Of a stretch of 64,000 nucleotides of DNA, positions 47,081-56,779 are shown in pieces. The stretch lies in NCBI GenBank assembly GCA_963665115.1, contig OY762007.1, positions 4,256,001 to 4,320,000 on the forward strand, read 5' to 3'. The notes below the pieces were generated by a model that ran no database searches, had not been told where the DNA came from, and worked only from the letters and a program-made list of their open reading frames with translations. Both the position numbers and the translations under genes were made by a program. This DNA is from an uncultured Rivularia sp. GTDB lineage: Bacteria > Cyanobacteriota > Cyanobacteriia > Cyanobacteriales > Nostocaceae. Position 1 is the stretch's first letter. Every line of letters starts with the position of its first letter.

Positions 47081-49009
47081 TTAATTAACTCTCAAAACCC
47101 TACCTGCATTCAAAATAGCCAACAACGCTACACCGACATCTGCAAATACTGCTTCCCATAAGGTTGCAACACCAAATATTCCCAAGACAATAAATAAACC
47201 CTTAACTCCCATAGCCAGAATAATATTCTGCCAGACAATTTTATGGGTTTTTTTACCAACTTGAATTGCTTCAGCTATCTTAGAAGGAGCATCCGTCATC
47301 AGCACCACATCCGCTGTCTCAATTGCTGCATCCGAACCCAACGCTCCCATAGCCATACCCACGTCAGCCCTAGCAATTACAGGTGCGTCGTTAATTCCAT
47401 CACCGACAAACACAACTTTCTTGTTTTTAGCAGCTTTACCTAAATATCTTTCAATTGCCTCTACTTTATCTTCAGGCAGTAACTCTGCTTCAAAATCATC
47501 TAAATTTAACTGCTGTGCAATACTTTGAGCAACAGCTTGATTATCTCCAGTAAGCATGACAATCTGCTCAACACCAACGCTTCTCAACTTCCGAATCGCT
47601 TCAACTGCATCGTCTTTAAGTTCATCAGCAATAATAATTCTTCCTGCATAAACCCCGTCTACTGCCAAATGAACCACTGTTCCCTCCACCGAGCATACAT
47701 CATGTTCGATATTCTCTCGATGCAGCAAACGGTCGTTACCTGCGATCGCGATTTGATTCCCTACTCTGGCTTGAATACCATGTCCAGGAATTTCCTGATA
47801 ATCTTCTACATCAAAAGTATCAACAGATTCACCGTATGCTGTTAAAATTGATTTTGCTACTGGATGGTTCGATTGAGATTCTATTTTTGCTGCTAATTGT
47901 AATAATTCTGCTTCACTAAAGCCGTTTTTAGTAACTATTTGAGTAACCTTAAAAACCCCTTGCGTCAAAGTTCCGGTTTTATCAAACACAACGGTTTCAA
48001 CTTCTGTCAGGGTATCGAGAAACGTCGAACCTTTAACTAAAATACCTCTTTTTGCGGCACCTCCAACACCGCCGAAATAGCCTAAAGGAATGCTAATTAC
48101 TAAGCCGCAAGGACAAGAAATTACTAATAAAACTAAAGCACGATAAACCCATTGTTCTGATGTTTCACCCGGTATAATTAATGGCGGAAGTATTGCCACT
48201 GCTAAGGATAAGAAAACGACAACAGGAGTGTAATACCGAGCAAAACGGGTAATAAATTTCTCTGTAGCGGCTTTTTTACTGCTAGCGTTTTCTACTAAAT
48301 GAAGAATTTTGGCAATCGAAGACTCTTCAAATAACTTGGTAACTCGAACGGTTAAAACGCCCGATTTATTTATCATTCCCGCTAAAACAGTTTCTCCAGG
48401 TTTTACTGTTCGCGGTACCGATTCTCCCGTTAATGCCGAAGTATCTACTTGAGAAGCACCCTCATTAATTTCACCGTCTAAAGGGATTTTCTCACCCGGC
48501 TTGACGATAATTACATCCCCAACTTGCACGCTCTCGGGGGAAACCTGTTTTATTTCACCATTAACCTTGAGATTAGCTGAATTTGGACGTACTTCTAACA
48601 AAGATTTTATCGACCTACGAGAGCGACTTACTGAAAAATCCTGAAATAATTCCCCAACTTGGAAAAACAGCATCACCGCTACAGCTTCAGGAATTTCGTG
48701 AATGGCGATCGCACCTAATGTGGCTATTGTCATCAGGAAGTTTTCATCAAATATTTTACCTCGCAAAATATTACGTCCGGCTGTAGTCAAAACGCTCCAA
48801 CCGCTGATGAGATAAGCAGGGACAAAAACCAAATATTCACCTAGAGAAAAAGGAGTGTTGTGCAAAGGTTCATAGAAAATCAAACCCATGACAAACAAAA
48901 TTATCGACACCCCAACAGGTATAGCTTCACGCTTCAAGCTGAATTCTCCACCATGACTATGCCCGTGGTCATTTCCACAACAACCAGAATCCGTTGACTG
49001 TGATACCAT
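47081..49009 (-). CDS. ziaA: P1B-2 Zn/Cd/Pb ATPase (ZiaA/CadA-like)
   Basis: N-terminal CC/His tract, SCPC, DKTGT, GDGINDAP and ADVG. Confidence 0.9.
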   Translation of the reverse strand: MVSQSTDSGCCGNDHGHSHGGEFSLKREAIPVGVSIILFVMGLIFYEPLHNTPFSLGEYLVFVPAYLISGWSVLTTAGRNILRGKIFDENFLMTIATLGAIAIHEIPEAVAVMLFFQVGELFQDFSVSRSRRSIKSLLEVRPNSANLKVNGEIKQVSPESVQVGDVIIVKPGEKIPLDGEINEGASQVDTSALTGESVPRTVKPGETVLAGMINKSGVLTVRVTKLFEESSIAKILHLVENASSKKAATEKFITRFARYYTPVVVFLSLAVAILPPLIIPGETSEQWVYRALVLLVISCPCGLVISIPLGYFGGVGGAAKRGILVKGSTFLDTLTEVETVVFDKTGTLTQGVFKVTQIVTKNGFSEAELLQLAAKIESQSNHPVAKSILTAYGESVDTFDVEDYQEIPGHGIQARVGNQIAIAGNDRLLHRENIEHDVCSVEGTVVHLAVDGVYAGRIIIADELKDDAVEAIRKLRSVGVEQIVMLTGDNQAVAQSIAQQLNLDDFEAELLPEDKVEAIERYLGKAAKNKKVVFVGDGINDAPVIARADVGMAMGALGSDAAIETADVVLMTDAPSKIAEAIQVGKKTHKIVWQNIILAMGVKGLFIVLGIFGVATLWEAVFADVGVALLAILNAGRVLRVN

Positions 49010-49041
49010 TATTTACCGCTCCGATATATGAACGTTTTTAC

Positions 49042-49061
49042 ATCTGAATAGTTGTTCATAT
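49042..49061. promoter_or_regulatory. SmtB/ZiaR operator upstream of the ATPase
   Basis: ATCTGAATAGTTGTTCATAT, with the TGAA-N6-TTCA core. Confidence 0.75.
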
Positions 49062-49109
49062 ATTATCAAAGGTTAGGCTATTTATACAAGGTTTAATGAT
49101 TAATTTTAA

Positions 49110-49505
49110 TTAAACTTCTGGTTCATCAATGTGTTTCGCAACTTCGCGGTAGATATTTGTGACATGGCTATCTTTCAAACTGTAATAGACGTTGCGTCCT
49201 TCGCGGCGGTATTTAACTAAACGCATAGTACGCAGGATTCGCAGTTGGTGAGAGACAGCGGATTCACTCATCTTGACAGATGCGGCTAAATCGCAAACGC
49301 ACAACTCTTGTTTTGCTAAAGCCGAAAGCAAACGCAAACGATGTGGATCTGCGAGGGTTCCGAAGAAATCAGCCATCTGCTGTGCTTTTTCTGTGGGTAT
49401 AATTTCTGGCTGTACCTCGCGGACATTATCTAGATGAATTTCACTCGAATCACAACTGGGTGAATCAAGATTTGATAGTTGCTCTTTTGGTTTTGATTTA
49501 GTCAT
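49110..49505 (-). CDS. ziaR: ArsR/SmtB-family Zn sensor
   Basis: ELCVCDL, SESAVSHQLR and alpha5 DSH...HIDE site. Confidence 0.9.
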   Translation of the reverse strand: MTKSKPKEQLSNLDSPSCDSSEIHLDNVREVQPEIIPTEKAQQMADFFGTLADPHRLRLLSALAKQELCVCDLAASVKMSESAVSHQLRILRTMRLVKYRREGRNVYYSLKDSHVTNIYREVAKHIDEPEV

Positions 49506-49603
49506 GGGAGTTGCATCTACAACAGACAGAGCCTATTTCTTCGCTGTTTTGGAAGACAACTTTAAGAAGAAATAGTGATACTGATTATCATTGTAGCCAA
49601 GTT

Positions 49604-49617
49604 TGAACAATTGTTCA
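49604..49617. promoter_or_regulatory. SmtB/ZiaR operator upstream of the repressor
   Basis: Perfect palindrome TGAACAATTGTTCA. Confidence 0.75.
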
Positions 49618-49727
49618 TTTGTCTGAGTTAGCAGCAACTACATCAATTAATAAAAATTAAATTAAAGCGAGGTAGGATTTCAGTCAAAGTCCCTCGCTTG
49701 TAAATGGAATCGTAAAAAAACTAAGAT

Positions 49728-51017
49728 TCAGGAGCTAATTCCTAACAACTTTCCCTCAAAAGCTTGACCTTTGAGCATTCTATTCCAGTAGATATAGGGA
49801 AAGCCATATTTTTTTAGCAGCCACATAATATATCGTTCCTTAGTTGGATCTATTGGAAATGTGGGGCAAAGCTCGTTGTCATAACCAAATTCGGCAAGTA
49901 CGACTTTGCCGTATCCCGTAGTTATTGGACAGCAAGTATAGCCAAAGTATTCTTGAGCGAGATTTTTTGAGTTCATTAAAGCCAGCAAGTTATGAACAAC
50001 AACTGGCGCTTGTTTTCTTACAGCAGCAGCAGTTTTTGATGTCGGGAGACTCGCCGCGTCACCCAAGCTAAAAACGTTGGGGTAAATATTGTGCTGTAGC
50101 GTGTATTTGTTTACATCAACCCAGCCTTGTGTGGCTCCGTCAAATACGGCTAATTTGCTTTGTTTGATAAAGTCAGGTGCGCTCATGGGTGGCGTAACGT
50201 GAAGTAAGTCGTATTGGATAGCTATCTCAGAAACACCTGAGCCTGTTGATACATCAAAAATCGCTGTTTTGGTATCAGCTTGAATTTCTTTGAGATTGTG
50301 TTTATATGCCACATCTATCTGTTTGCGCTCTACTACACAAAGCAGTGTTTGTGCGAATTCTTTTACAGGAAAAATTGCTCCTTTCGCCGTACAAAACATG
50401 ACTTTTGACTGATTGCGAACTCCTTGTTTTCTAAAGGCATCATCAGCCAAATACATAATCTTTAATGGTGCCCCTCCACATTTAACCGGAGTGCTAGGGT
50501 AGGTGAATATAGCGTTACCGCCTTTGAAATTTTTAATAGCTTCCCAAGTATAAGGCGCGTATTCGTAAGCATAATTACTGCAAACGCCATTTTGCCCAAT
50601 TGCTTCTTTAAGACCTTTAATTAAATGCCAGTCAATTTGAATACCCGGAGCTAAAATCAGATATTCATAGCAAATACGTTTTCCCTCTTTAGTAATAACT
50701 GTATTGTTGTCTGGGTCTAAATGAGCTACAGAGTATTTAAGCCAAGTAGCACCATCAGGGATGTAGTCTTTTTCGTCTTTAACTGTATCCTCAGCTTTGT
50801 AAACGCCACCACCAACTAGTGTCCAAGCGGGTTGGTAGTAATGTTTCTCTCTGGGTTCAATAATGGCAATATCAAGCTGCTTGTTTGTTTTCAGTAGTTG
50901 TGCGGCGACTGTAATACCTGCGGCTCCACCTCCGACAACTACAACTTGGTGCTGTACCCTAGCTGTATCAGTTGAAATAGCTGATTCGCTATCTACGGGC
51001 TTAACTTGTGTAGACAT
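49728..51017 (-). CDS. sqr: Sulfide:quinone oxidoreductase (type II-like)
   Basis: VVGGGAAG, HYYQPAWTLVGGG, VKCGGAP, SKTAAA and YTCCP. Confidence 0.85.
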   Translation of the reverse strand: MSTQVKPVDSESAISTDTARVQHQVVVVGGGAAGITVAAQLLKTNKQLDIAIIEPREKHYYQPAWTLVGGGVYKAEDTVKDEKDYIPDGATWLKYSVAHLDPDNNTVITKEGKRICYEYLILAPGIQIDWHLIKGLKEAIGQNGVCSNYAYEYAPYTWEAIKNFKGGNAIFTYPSTPVKCGGAPLKIMYLADDAFRKQGVRNQSKVMFCTAKGAIFPVKEFAQTLLCVVERKQIDVAYKHNLKEIQADTKTAIFDVSTGSGVSEIAIQYDLLHVTPPMSAPDFIKQSKLAVFDGATQGWVDVNKYTLQHNIYPNVFSLGDAASLPTSKTAAAVRKQAPVVVHNLLALMNSKNLAQEYFGYTCCPITTGYGKVVLAEFGYDNELCPTFPIDPTKERYIMWLLKKYGFPYIYWNRMLKGQAFEGKLLGISS

Positions 51018-51066
51018 GATACTTTTCTCACCCTTGAAGCTATAAATGAAATATTGAGCCGAACAT

Positions 51067-51831
51067 TTAACTAGAGGAAGCGAGGTTTCCACAACGCCGG
51101 TTAGCGGGAACAGCTTCCATAATCTTTTCAGGCTGCGGTAAATCTAGATTGTCCATCAACTCAATAAAACCTGCACGGTCACGTAGACAGGAAATGTCTT
51201 CCGTAGCAGGCTCAGGAGATTCATCTACAAATCGGGGGTTCCATCGCTTCTCTTCTCCAATTGTAGAAACTGTACGACCTTGATAATCATGAGCGGGATA
51301 CACTTGAGTGTTATCTGGTAAACTAAATAGCCGTTGTGTTACCGAATCATACAGAGTTCCCGCATCACCATCTTGAAAGTCTGTTCGTCCACAACCTCGA
51401 ATGAATAAAGCATCTCCGGTAAGAACCTTAAGCTGTTTTCGGGAAGTCTCATCGCTAACACCATGAACTAAGTAAGCCATATGGCTACCAGTGTGACCTG
51501 GTGTGGCGATCGCCTCGATAGAAATACTTCCTATATGCAGCATTTCTCCATCTCGAATAAATTGATTAGCGCAATCAGTCGGAGTCTTTTGTGGTAGCAC
51601 TCCCCGACAACCAGTCAACTCCCGCAGTTTTGCAGTTCCTGTAATGTGGTCTGCGTGGATATGGGTTTCCAGACAATATCGCAGTGTAAAGCCAAGTTCT
51701 TTGAGAAGATTGCGATCGCGTTCAACTTGTTCTAACACTGGATCGACCAGAACTGCTTCTTTTGTATTTGGGTCGGCAATTAAGTATGTATATGTACAGG
51801 ATTCGCGGTCAAACAATTGTCGAAAAAACAT
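51067..51831 (-). CDS. Persulfide dioxygenase (ETHE1-like MBL fold)
   Basis: LETHIHADHITG, TPGHT, TGDALFIRGCGRTDFQ and YPAHDY. Confidence 0.9.
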   Translation of the reverse strand: MFFRQLFDRESCTYTYLIADPNTKEAVLVDPVLEQVERDRNLLKELGFTLRYCLETHIHADHITGTAKLRELTGCRGVLPQKTPTDCANQFIRDGEMLHIGSISIEAIATPGHTGSHMAYLVHGVSDETSRKQLKVLTGDALFIRGCGRTDFQDGDAGTLYDSVTQRLFSLPDNTQVYPAHDYQGRTVSTIGEEKRWNPRFVDESPEPATEDISCLRDRAGFIELMDNLDLPQPEKIMEAVPANRRCGNLASSS

Positions 51832-51857
51832 CTTTCGCTCTCCTAATTAAAATTATT
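51770..51857. repeat. 88-bp direct repeat, copy 1
   Basis: Identical to 54008-54095. Confidence 0.95.
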
Positions 51858-52824
51858 TTCTTTGGATCTGCGCTTCATCTATCTTTGGATTCAAATCTTG
51901 GAATAGTGGTGTACTCAAATACCTCTCTCCAAAACTTGGTTGTACCATCACAATTAAATTTCCTTTGTTTTCTGGGCGTTGGGCTACGCGAATCGCAGCA
52001 CATAAAGCCGCTCCGCTAGATATACCGGATAGTAACCCTTCTTGTCTTACTAACAACCTGCCATAATGAATTGCTTCTTCATGAGTAATAGTGATTACTT
52101 CATCGATTAATTTTACATTTAAGACTTGAGGAATAAACCCCGCACCAATTCCTTGTATTTTATGCGAGCCAGGACTACCACCTGACAATATCTGACTGCT
52201 GGCTGGTTCAACAGCAATCGCTTGAAAGCCGGGTTTACGGGCTTTTATGACTTCTGCTATACCTGTAATTGTTCCGCCAGTTCCTACACCTGCGACAATT
52301 GCATCCACCTTTCCATCTGTATCCTGCCAGATTTCTTCGGCAGTTGTTTCCCTGTGTATTTTTGGGTTTGCTGGGTTACGAAACTGTTGCAGCATAAATG
52401 CATTAGCTGTTGTGTCTACTATTTGTTGCGCCTGTTGAATTGCTCCAGTCATCCCTTTTATTCCCGGTGTCAGTTCGAGTTTGGCTCCATAGGCTTTCAA
52501 CATTGCCTTTCTTTCCGCACTCATGGTTTCTGGCATGGTTAAAATTAATTCATATCCCCTCGCTGCTGCGACCATTGCTAAAGCAATACCAGTATTTCCA
52601 GATGTAGGTTCTACCAATACCGTTTTACCAGGAGAAATCAAACCTTCAGCTTCAGCAGCGTTAATCATACTCACACCAATACGGTCTTTGACTGATGCTG
52701 CTGGATTCATGCTTTCTAATTTCACGACAATATTCGCCACGCATCCTTCTGCTTGCGGAACGCGGTTTAGTTGCACTAAGGGAGTACGACCAATTAATTC
52801 TGTAATATTAGGAGCAATATGCAT
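51853..52824 (-). CDS. cysK: Cysteine synthase A
   Basis: [24 protein letters not shown] and ERYLST; start MHIAPN at 52824. Confidence 0.95.
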   Translation of the reverse strand: MHIAPNITELIGRTPLVQLNRVPQAEGCVANIVVKLESMNPAASVKDRIGVSMINAAEAEGLISPGKTVLVEPTSGNTGIALAMVAAARGYELILTMPETMSAERKAMLKAYGAKLELTPGIKGMTGAIQQAQQIVDTTANAFMLQQFRNPANPKIHRETTAEEIWQDTDGKVDAIVAGVGTGGTITGIAEVIKARKPGFQAIAVEPASSQILSGGSPGSHKIQGIGAGFIPQVLNVKLIDEVITITHEEAIHYGRLLVRQEGLLSGISSGAALCAAIRVAQRPENKGNLIVMVQPSFGERYLSTPLFQDLNPKIDEAQIQRK

Positions 52825-52957
52825 TTTTCTTGTTACCTCCTCTACTTGCATGACTAAATGCTTACACGAGAATTGTGCGCTTATAGGATTTAGGACAAAC
52901 CAATCTTTGAAAGATACGCTAATTTTTATTCCTTTGATAGATGTGTTTAGCGTGTAT

Positions 52958-53488
52958 TTACCACCATCTCCTTCTGCCACCTCCCATCCAAGGTTTGCCT
53001 CCTTCTACAAAGCCACTAACCTCGCGGCTGTGTTCGCGAAGAACGGTTACTAAATTAGGATCGTCGGAAGTTTTCGTGACAACTATCCCTTTCGGAGTAA
53101 GTTCAAATTTGCGCTCGTAGCGATTGGCATTGCGAAACATAATCGGTAAAGTGCGGCTCATCATCGCAAACCGTCGTCCTTCATCTACTCTTCGGTGCAT
53201 ACTTTGAACGTGGGCTTGAATCAAAGCTGTAACTTGCGGAATATCCGACTCTGTGACAGTGCGAACTCCACCTGGGATTTCCTTAACGGTGCGGCGGATC
53301 AGGCTATGGTTAGCAAATAACTGATGAACAATTCCCATGTCTTGCCTATTGCCACCCATCATGTCACCATCCATCATGCATCCTTGGCAGGCAATTCTTG
53401 GAGTTGCTTGAGTAATTTGTCCTGCCGTGAAAGCCAGACTTAATGTCAGTAGGAATAAAATTATCCCAAGTCGTAATTGTCGATTCAT
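52958..53488 (-). CDS. Secreted Met/Gly-rich hypothetical protein
   Basis: Signal peptide, [18 protein letters not shown] and LREH. Confidence 0.7.
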   Translation of the reverse strand: MNRQLRLGIILFLLTLSLAFTAGQITQATPRIACQGCMMDGDMMGGNRQDMGIVHQLFANHSLIRRTVKEIPGGVRTVTESDIPQVTALIQAHVQSMHRRVDEGRRFAMMSRTLPIMFRNANRYERKFELTPKGIVVTKTSDDPNLVTVLREHSREVSGFVEGGKPWMGGGRRRWW

Positions 53489-53555
53489 CTTAAACTCCTT
53501 AATTTAAGAAGTTATTAATTGAACTATCACCATACTTAGTTATGGCATCATACAT

Positions 53556-53592
53556 ATTAATGGTTGATGAATTTAGTATATCAGCTATTAAT
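53556..53592. promoter_or_regulatory. Inverted repeat; candidate ArsR operator
   Basis: ATTAATGGTTGAT...ATCAGCTATTAAT (11/13 match) between divergent genes. Confidence 0.5.
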
Positions 53593-53621
53593 GATATAGT
53601 GATATTGAAATATGTTAATTT

Positions 53622-53969
53622 ATGCAAACACCTACCTCGTCTCAAATAATTGCTCTAAAAGCCAAGCTTTTTAGGGGTTTTGCTGATTCTTCTCGTCTAT
53701 CTATTTTGAATGCTTTACGTAAAGGTTCTCTCAAGGTAGGTGAGATTGTTAAAGTGACTGGTCTGAGTCAGTCGAATGCTTCTAACCATTTAGCCTGTCT
53801 CAGAGATTGTGGTTTAGTAACCCGTTCCCAAAAAAGTAATTTCGTTTATTACCAACTTAGCGATGAACGGGTAGCTACGTTAATGAATTTGGCTGACGAA
53901 TTGTTGGCTGATGCGGCAAAGGGGGTTTATGAATGCACTCGCTATGAAGTTTCTGAAACACAGGAGTAG
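53622..53969 (+). CDS. ArsR/SmtB-family regulator
   Basis: LFRGFADSSRL, SNHLACLRDCGLV and C-terminal YECTRY. Confidence 0.9.
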   Translation: MQTPTSSQIIALKAKLFRGFADSSRLSILNALRKGSLKVGEIVKVTGLSQSNASNHLACLRDCGLVTRSQKSNFVYYQLSDERVATLMNLADELLADAAKGVYECTRYEVSETQE

Positions 53970-54007
53970 GCTTTGGCTTTTTTTTCAAAACTACTTTTTG
54001 TGTATCC

Positions 54008-54095
54008 GGGTCGGCAATTAAGTATGTATATGTACAGGATTCGCGGTCAAACAATTGTCGAAAAAACATCTTTCGCTCTCCTAATTAAAATTATT
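54008..54095. repeat. 88-bp direct repeat, copy 2 (contains the 5' stub of the persulfide dioxygenase gene)
   Basis: Identical to 51770-51857; encodes MFFRQLFDRESCTYTYLIADP. Confidence 0.95.
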
Positions 54096-55079
54096 CAAAT
54101 AAATGCGTGAGTTCGTTCCATATCGTCGTAAAAAAGTAAAAGCTTGTCGCTGTAGCAGTAGCACTCTATCTTGAGCAATACCTGTTCGCTGACTAATTTG
54201 TTTTAGCGTAAGTTCTTCTTCCCCCGTTAAACCGAATCGCAAGGTCAATATTTCTTGCTGTTGAGGAGAAAGTTTAGATAATAAATTTTGAACAGTTTGC
54301 TTAAGGGATTCTTTTACAACATAGTCGAATGGAGAATAATTTTCTGAAACTAATAAATCTTGCAATTGCGTATTTTGTTCTGTTCCTACTTTTACATCTA
54401 AAGACATCGGTTTACAAGCTAATCTCAAGCATTCTCTGACTTGATTTGGTTTGAAACCCAGAGCCTCAGCAATTTCAATCACAGTTGGATTGCGACCAAG
54501 TTTCTGAGATAATTCTCGCTGAACTCGTTTAATTTTATTCAACTTCTCAGTAATGTGAATCGGTAAGCGAATTGTACGAGATTGTTGGGATATGGCTCGC
54601 GTAATTCCCTGACGAATCCACCAGTAAGCATAGGTTGAAAACTTGTATCCTAATGCTGGTTGAAATTTATCAACTGCTCGCTCCAATCCTAAAGTTCCTT
54701 CTTGAATTAAGTCGGGAAAATCCAAGTTGCGCTTTTGGTATTTTTTAGCAATTGTGACAACCAAACGTAGATTAGCCGCAATCATTTTTTGTTTGGCTTT
54801 TTGTCCCCGATCTATTTGTTCAAGTAGCTCCGAATCATTCAATTGAGCTTTATCTGACCATTCTTGTAAAGTTGGTTGACGCTGTAATTTTTCAGATAAT
54901 TCTTCTTTTAATGCTAACAAAGAAATTTTTTGCTGAACTTGTTTAGCTAGAAAAATTTCTTCTTCAGAAGTTAATAGCGGTATGCGGACAATATCTTGAA
55001 AATAACTACCGACAGCATCTTTTGAATATTTACGATTTTTGTTACTGTCATTATTTGGTTGGGAGTTATAGTTAGACAT
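54081..55079 (-). CDS. Sigma-70 family factor, group 2-like
   Basis: Region 1.2 DAVGSYF...LLT.EEE, ANLRLVV, DLIQEG, YAYWWIRQ and RTIRLP; no region 1.1. Confidence 0.9.
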   Translation of the reverse strand: MSNYNSQPNNDSNKNRKYSKDAVGSYFQDIVRIPLLTSEEEIFLAKQVQQKISLLALKEELSEKLQRQPTLQEWSDKAQLNDSELLEQIDRGQKAKQKMIAANLRLVVTIAKKYQKRNLDFPDLIQEGTLGLERAVDKFQPALGYKFSTYAYWWIRQGITRAISQQSRTIRLPIHITEKLNKIKRVQRELSQKLGRNPTVIEIAEALGFKPNQVRECLRLACKPMSLDVKVGTEQNTQLQDLLVSENYSPFDYVVKESLKQTVQNLLSKLSPQQQEILTLRFGLTGEEELTLKQISQRTGIAQDRVLLLQRQAFTFLRRYGTNSRIYLNNFN

Positions 55080-55235
55080 GGTTAGGTTAGTCTCAGAAGT
55101 AACGCACGCTGGTTAATTGGTGTGAATGTTAAATAAAAAATTGCTTAAATCTCAAGCATTAAAATAGAAAATACTTTCTGTGATAAACCCCTTAGTAACT
55201 TATTATTTTGGATAAATTTATAAAACTCAAAAATT

Positions 55236-55332
55236 AAAAGAAAAAGGTTGTACTCTTAACGTAGAGTAACGCGAAGTACAACCGAGTGGTGTGTGTGTGA
55301 AAGTTTTGAATAATATAGTTATTTATGTTTAC
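55236..55332 (-). ncRNA. Candidate small RNA 4 (or terminated leader of the sigma gene)
   Basis: Downstream of box 55355; CACACACACACCACUC tract, then a GGUUGUACU/AGUACAACC stem plus U tract. Confidence 0.5.
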
Positions 55333-55354
55333 TTAATTAGTGTGACATCTTGAA

Positions 55355-55371
55355 ATGAAATTAGGATGAAA
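55355..55371 (-). promoter_or_regulatory. TTTCAT-N5-TTTCAT box
   Basis: ATGAAATTAGGATGAAA on the + strand; CACACT 10 bp downstream. Confidence 0.75.
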
Positions 55372-55396
55372 TTTCTCAACGCTGGGAGAATTATCT

Positions 55397-56779
55397 TCAG
55401 ATATTTGATGGGGGAATAACTTTCAAAGGTAGACGAATGCTAAAAATACTACCTTTACTCAATTGACTTTGTACCAGTATTTTTCCTCCATGTGCTTGAG
55501 CGATAACTTGTGCGATCGCCAATCCCAAACCCGAGCCACCACTGCGACGAGAGCGAGAAGTATTGACGCGATAGAAGCGGTCAAAAATTACTTGTTGTTC
55601 TTGAGGTGAAATGCCAATACCTGTATCAATTACTTCTATAACTGCATCGCCGTTGTTTTTTTTCAAAATAAGATTTATATTGCCACCAGCAGGAGTGTAT
55701 TGAATGGCATTGGCAATTAAATTAGAAAGTAGGCGTAACAGTTGGTCTTCATCTCCCATAACGTATAAGGGTTGATGAGATAAAATCGAGTATTCTAATC
55801 GCAAAGAAGATGCATTTGCTAAAGCTGAAAATTCTTCGATTAAATCCTCAATCAATATATTAAGAGAGCAAGGTTGCTTTGTAGGTATTAGAGTTTGCTG
55901 TTCCAATCGGGAAAGTAATAGCAAATCTTGTACTAATTCAGCCAAGCGAATATTTTGACGTTTTACCGATGTTAGAACATCTCGCGCTTGTTGTTCGGAC
56001 AGTTCAGAACTATCGAGTATAGTTTCTACCTTGGCATTAACTGCTGCTAGGGGAGTCCGCAATTCATGAGAGACATCAGAGGTAAACTGCTGCATTTGTT
56101 TGTAGGAGCGATTAATCGGTTGTATTGCCAAACCAGCTAGCCACCAACTCGAACCGCCAACTAATAGTATTGTAATTGGTAATCCAAATCCCAAAATCAA
56201 TTTAAAAGCCGCCAAACGATTATCTAGTTCTTTAAGACTGCGACCTACTTGTATGTAGCCCCAAAGTTGATTATTTTGGGTATGCAGTGGCAAAGATTTT
56301 TGACTGTAACGAATTCCTCTGGTGTCTTTGAGTGTTTGCCATCCTTTGGTTTGTACCTTCTGAGGTAATTCATTTGGAGGAAAGCCAGCCACAGCAATCA
56401 AATTTTTAGAATTATCAATAAAACGGACGTAATATATTTTATCTTGGTAAAAGGTACTAAAAATGCCGTGTTGAGAATGAACAAGTCGAATGTGGGTAGG
56501 AATTTTATTATTAATTGAACAATCGGAGTCAGGTAAGCATAGATTGGGTAAAACCACTTGAAAAATCGGCTCCAAGCGTTTGGGTTGCTGTAAAGTCGGT
56601 TCGATAACGCTGTGTAAAGTACCCGTGACAGCTTCTAATTCCCTATCAATGGAAAGCAGGTAAGCACGAATCATTACCTGGTAGATAGCGACACCGCACA
56701 GGCTCAAAAACAAACCCATAGCTACCCCATACCATGCCGCCAGTCGCCACCGAGTTTTATTAAATACTTTAATCTGCAT
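55397..56779 (-). CDS. rppB: Sensor histidine kinase, RppB/NrsS/CopS-like (second copy)
   Basis: FNKTRWRLAAWY, FTSDVSHELRTP and an HATPase domain; start MQIK at 56779. Confidence 0.9.
   Translation of the reverse strand: MQIKVFNKTRWRLAAWYGVAMGLFLSLCGVAIYQVMIRAYLLSIDRELEAVTGTLHSVIEPTLQQPKRLEPIFQVVLPNLCLPDSDCSINNKIPTHIRLVHSQHGIFSTFYQDKIYYVRFIDNSKNLIAVAGFPPNELPQKVQTKGWQTLKDTRGIRYSQKSLPLHTQNNQLWGYIQVGRSLKELDNRLAAFKLILGFGLPITILLVGGSSWWLAGLAIQPINRSYKQMQQFTSDVSHELRTPLAAVNAKVETILDSSELSEQQARDVLTSVKRQNIRLAELVQDLLLLSRLEQQTLIPTKQPCSLNILIEDLIEEFSALANASSLRLEYSILSHQPLYVMGDEDQLLRLLSNLIANAIQYTPAGGNINLILKKNNGDAVIEVIDTGIGISPQEQQVIFDRFYRVNTSRSRRSGGSGLGLAIAQVIAQAHGGKILVQSQLSKGSIFSIRLPLKVIPPSNI

Noticed and set aside
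52523..53053. 176-aa + strand ORF (and similar antisense ORFs such as 61850-62428, 43888-44274 and 45124-45540)
   Set aside because: Shadow frames opposite well-supported genes
53875..54069. Second persulfide dioxygenase gene
   Set aside because: Only a duplicated 5' stub, which runs antisense into arsR
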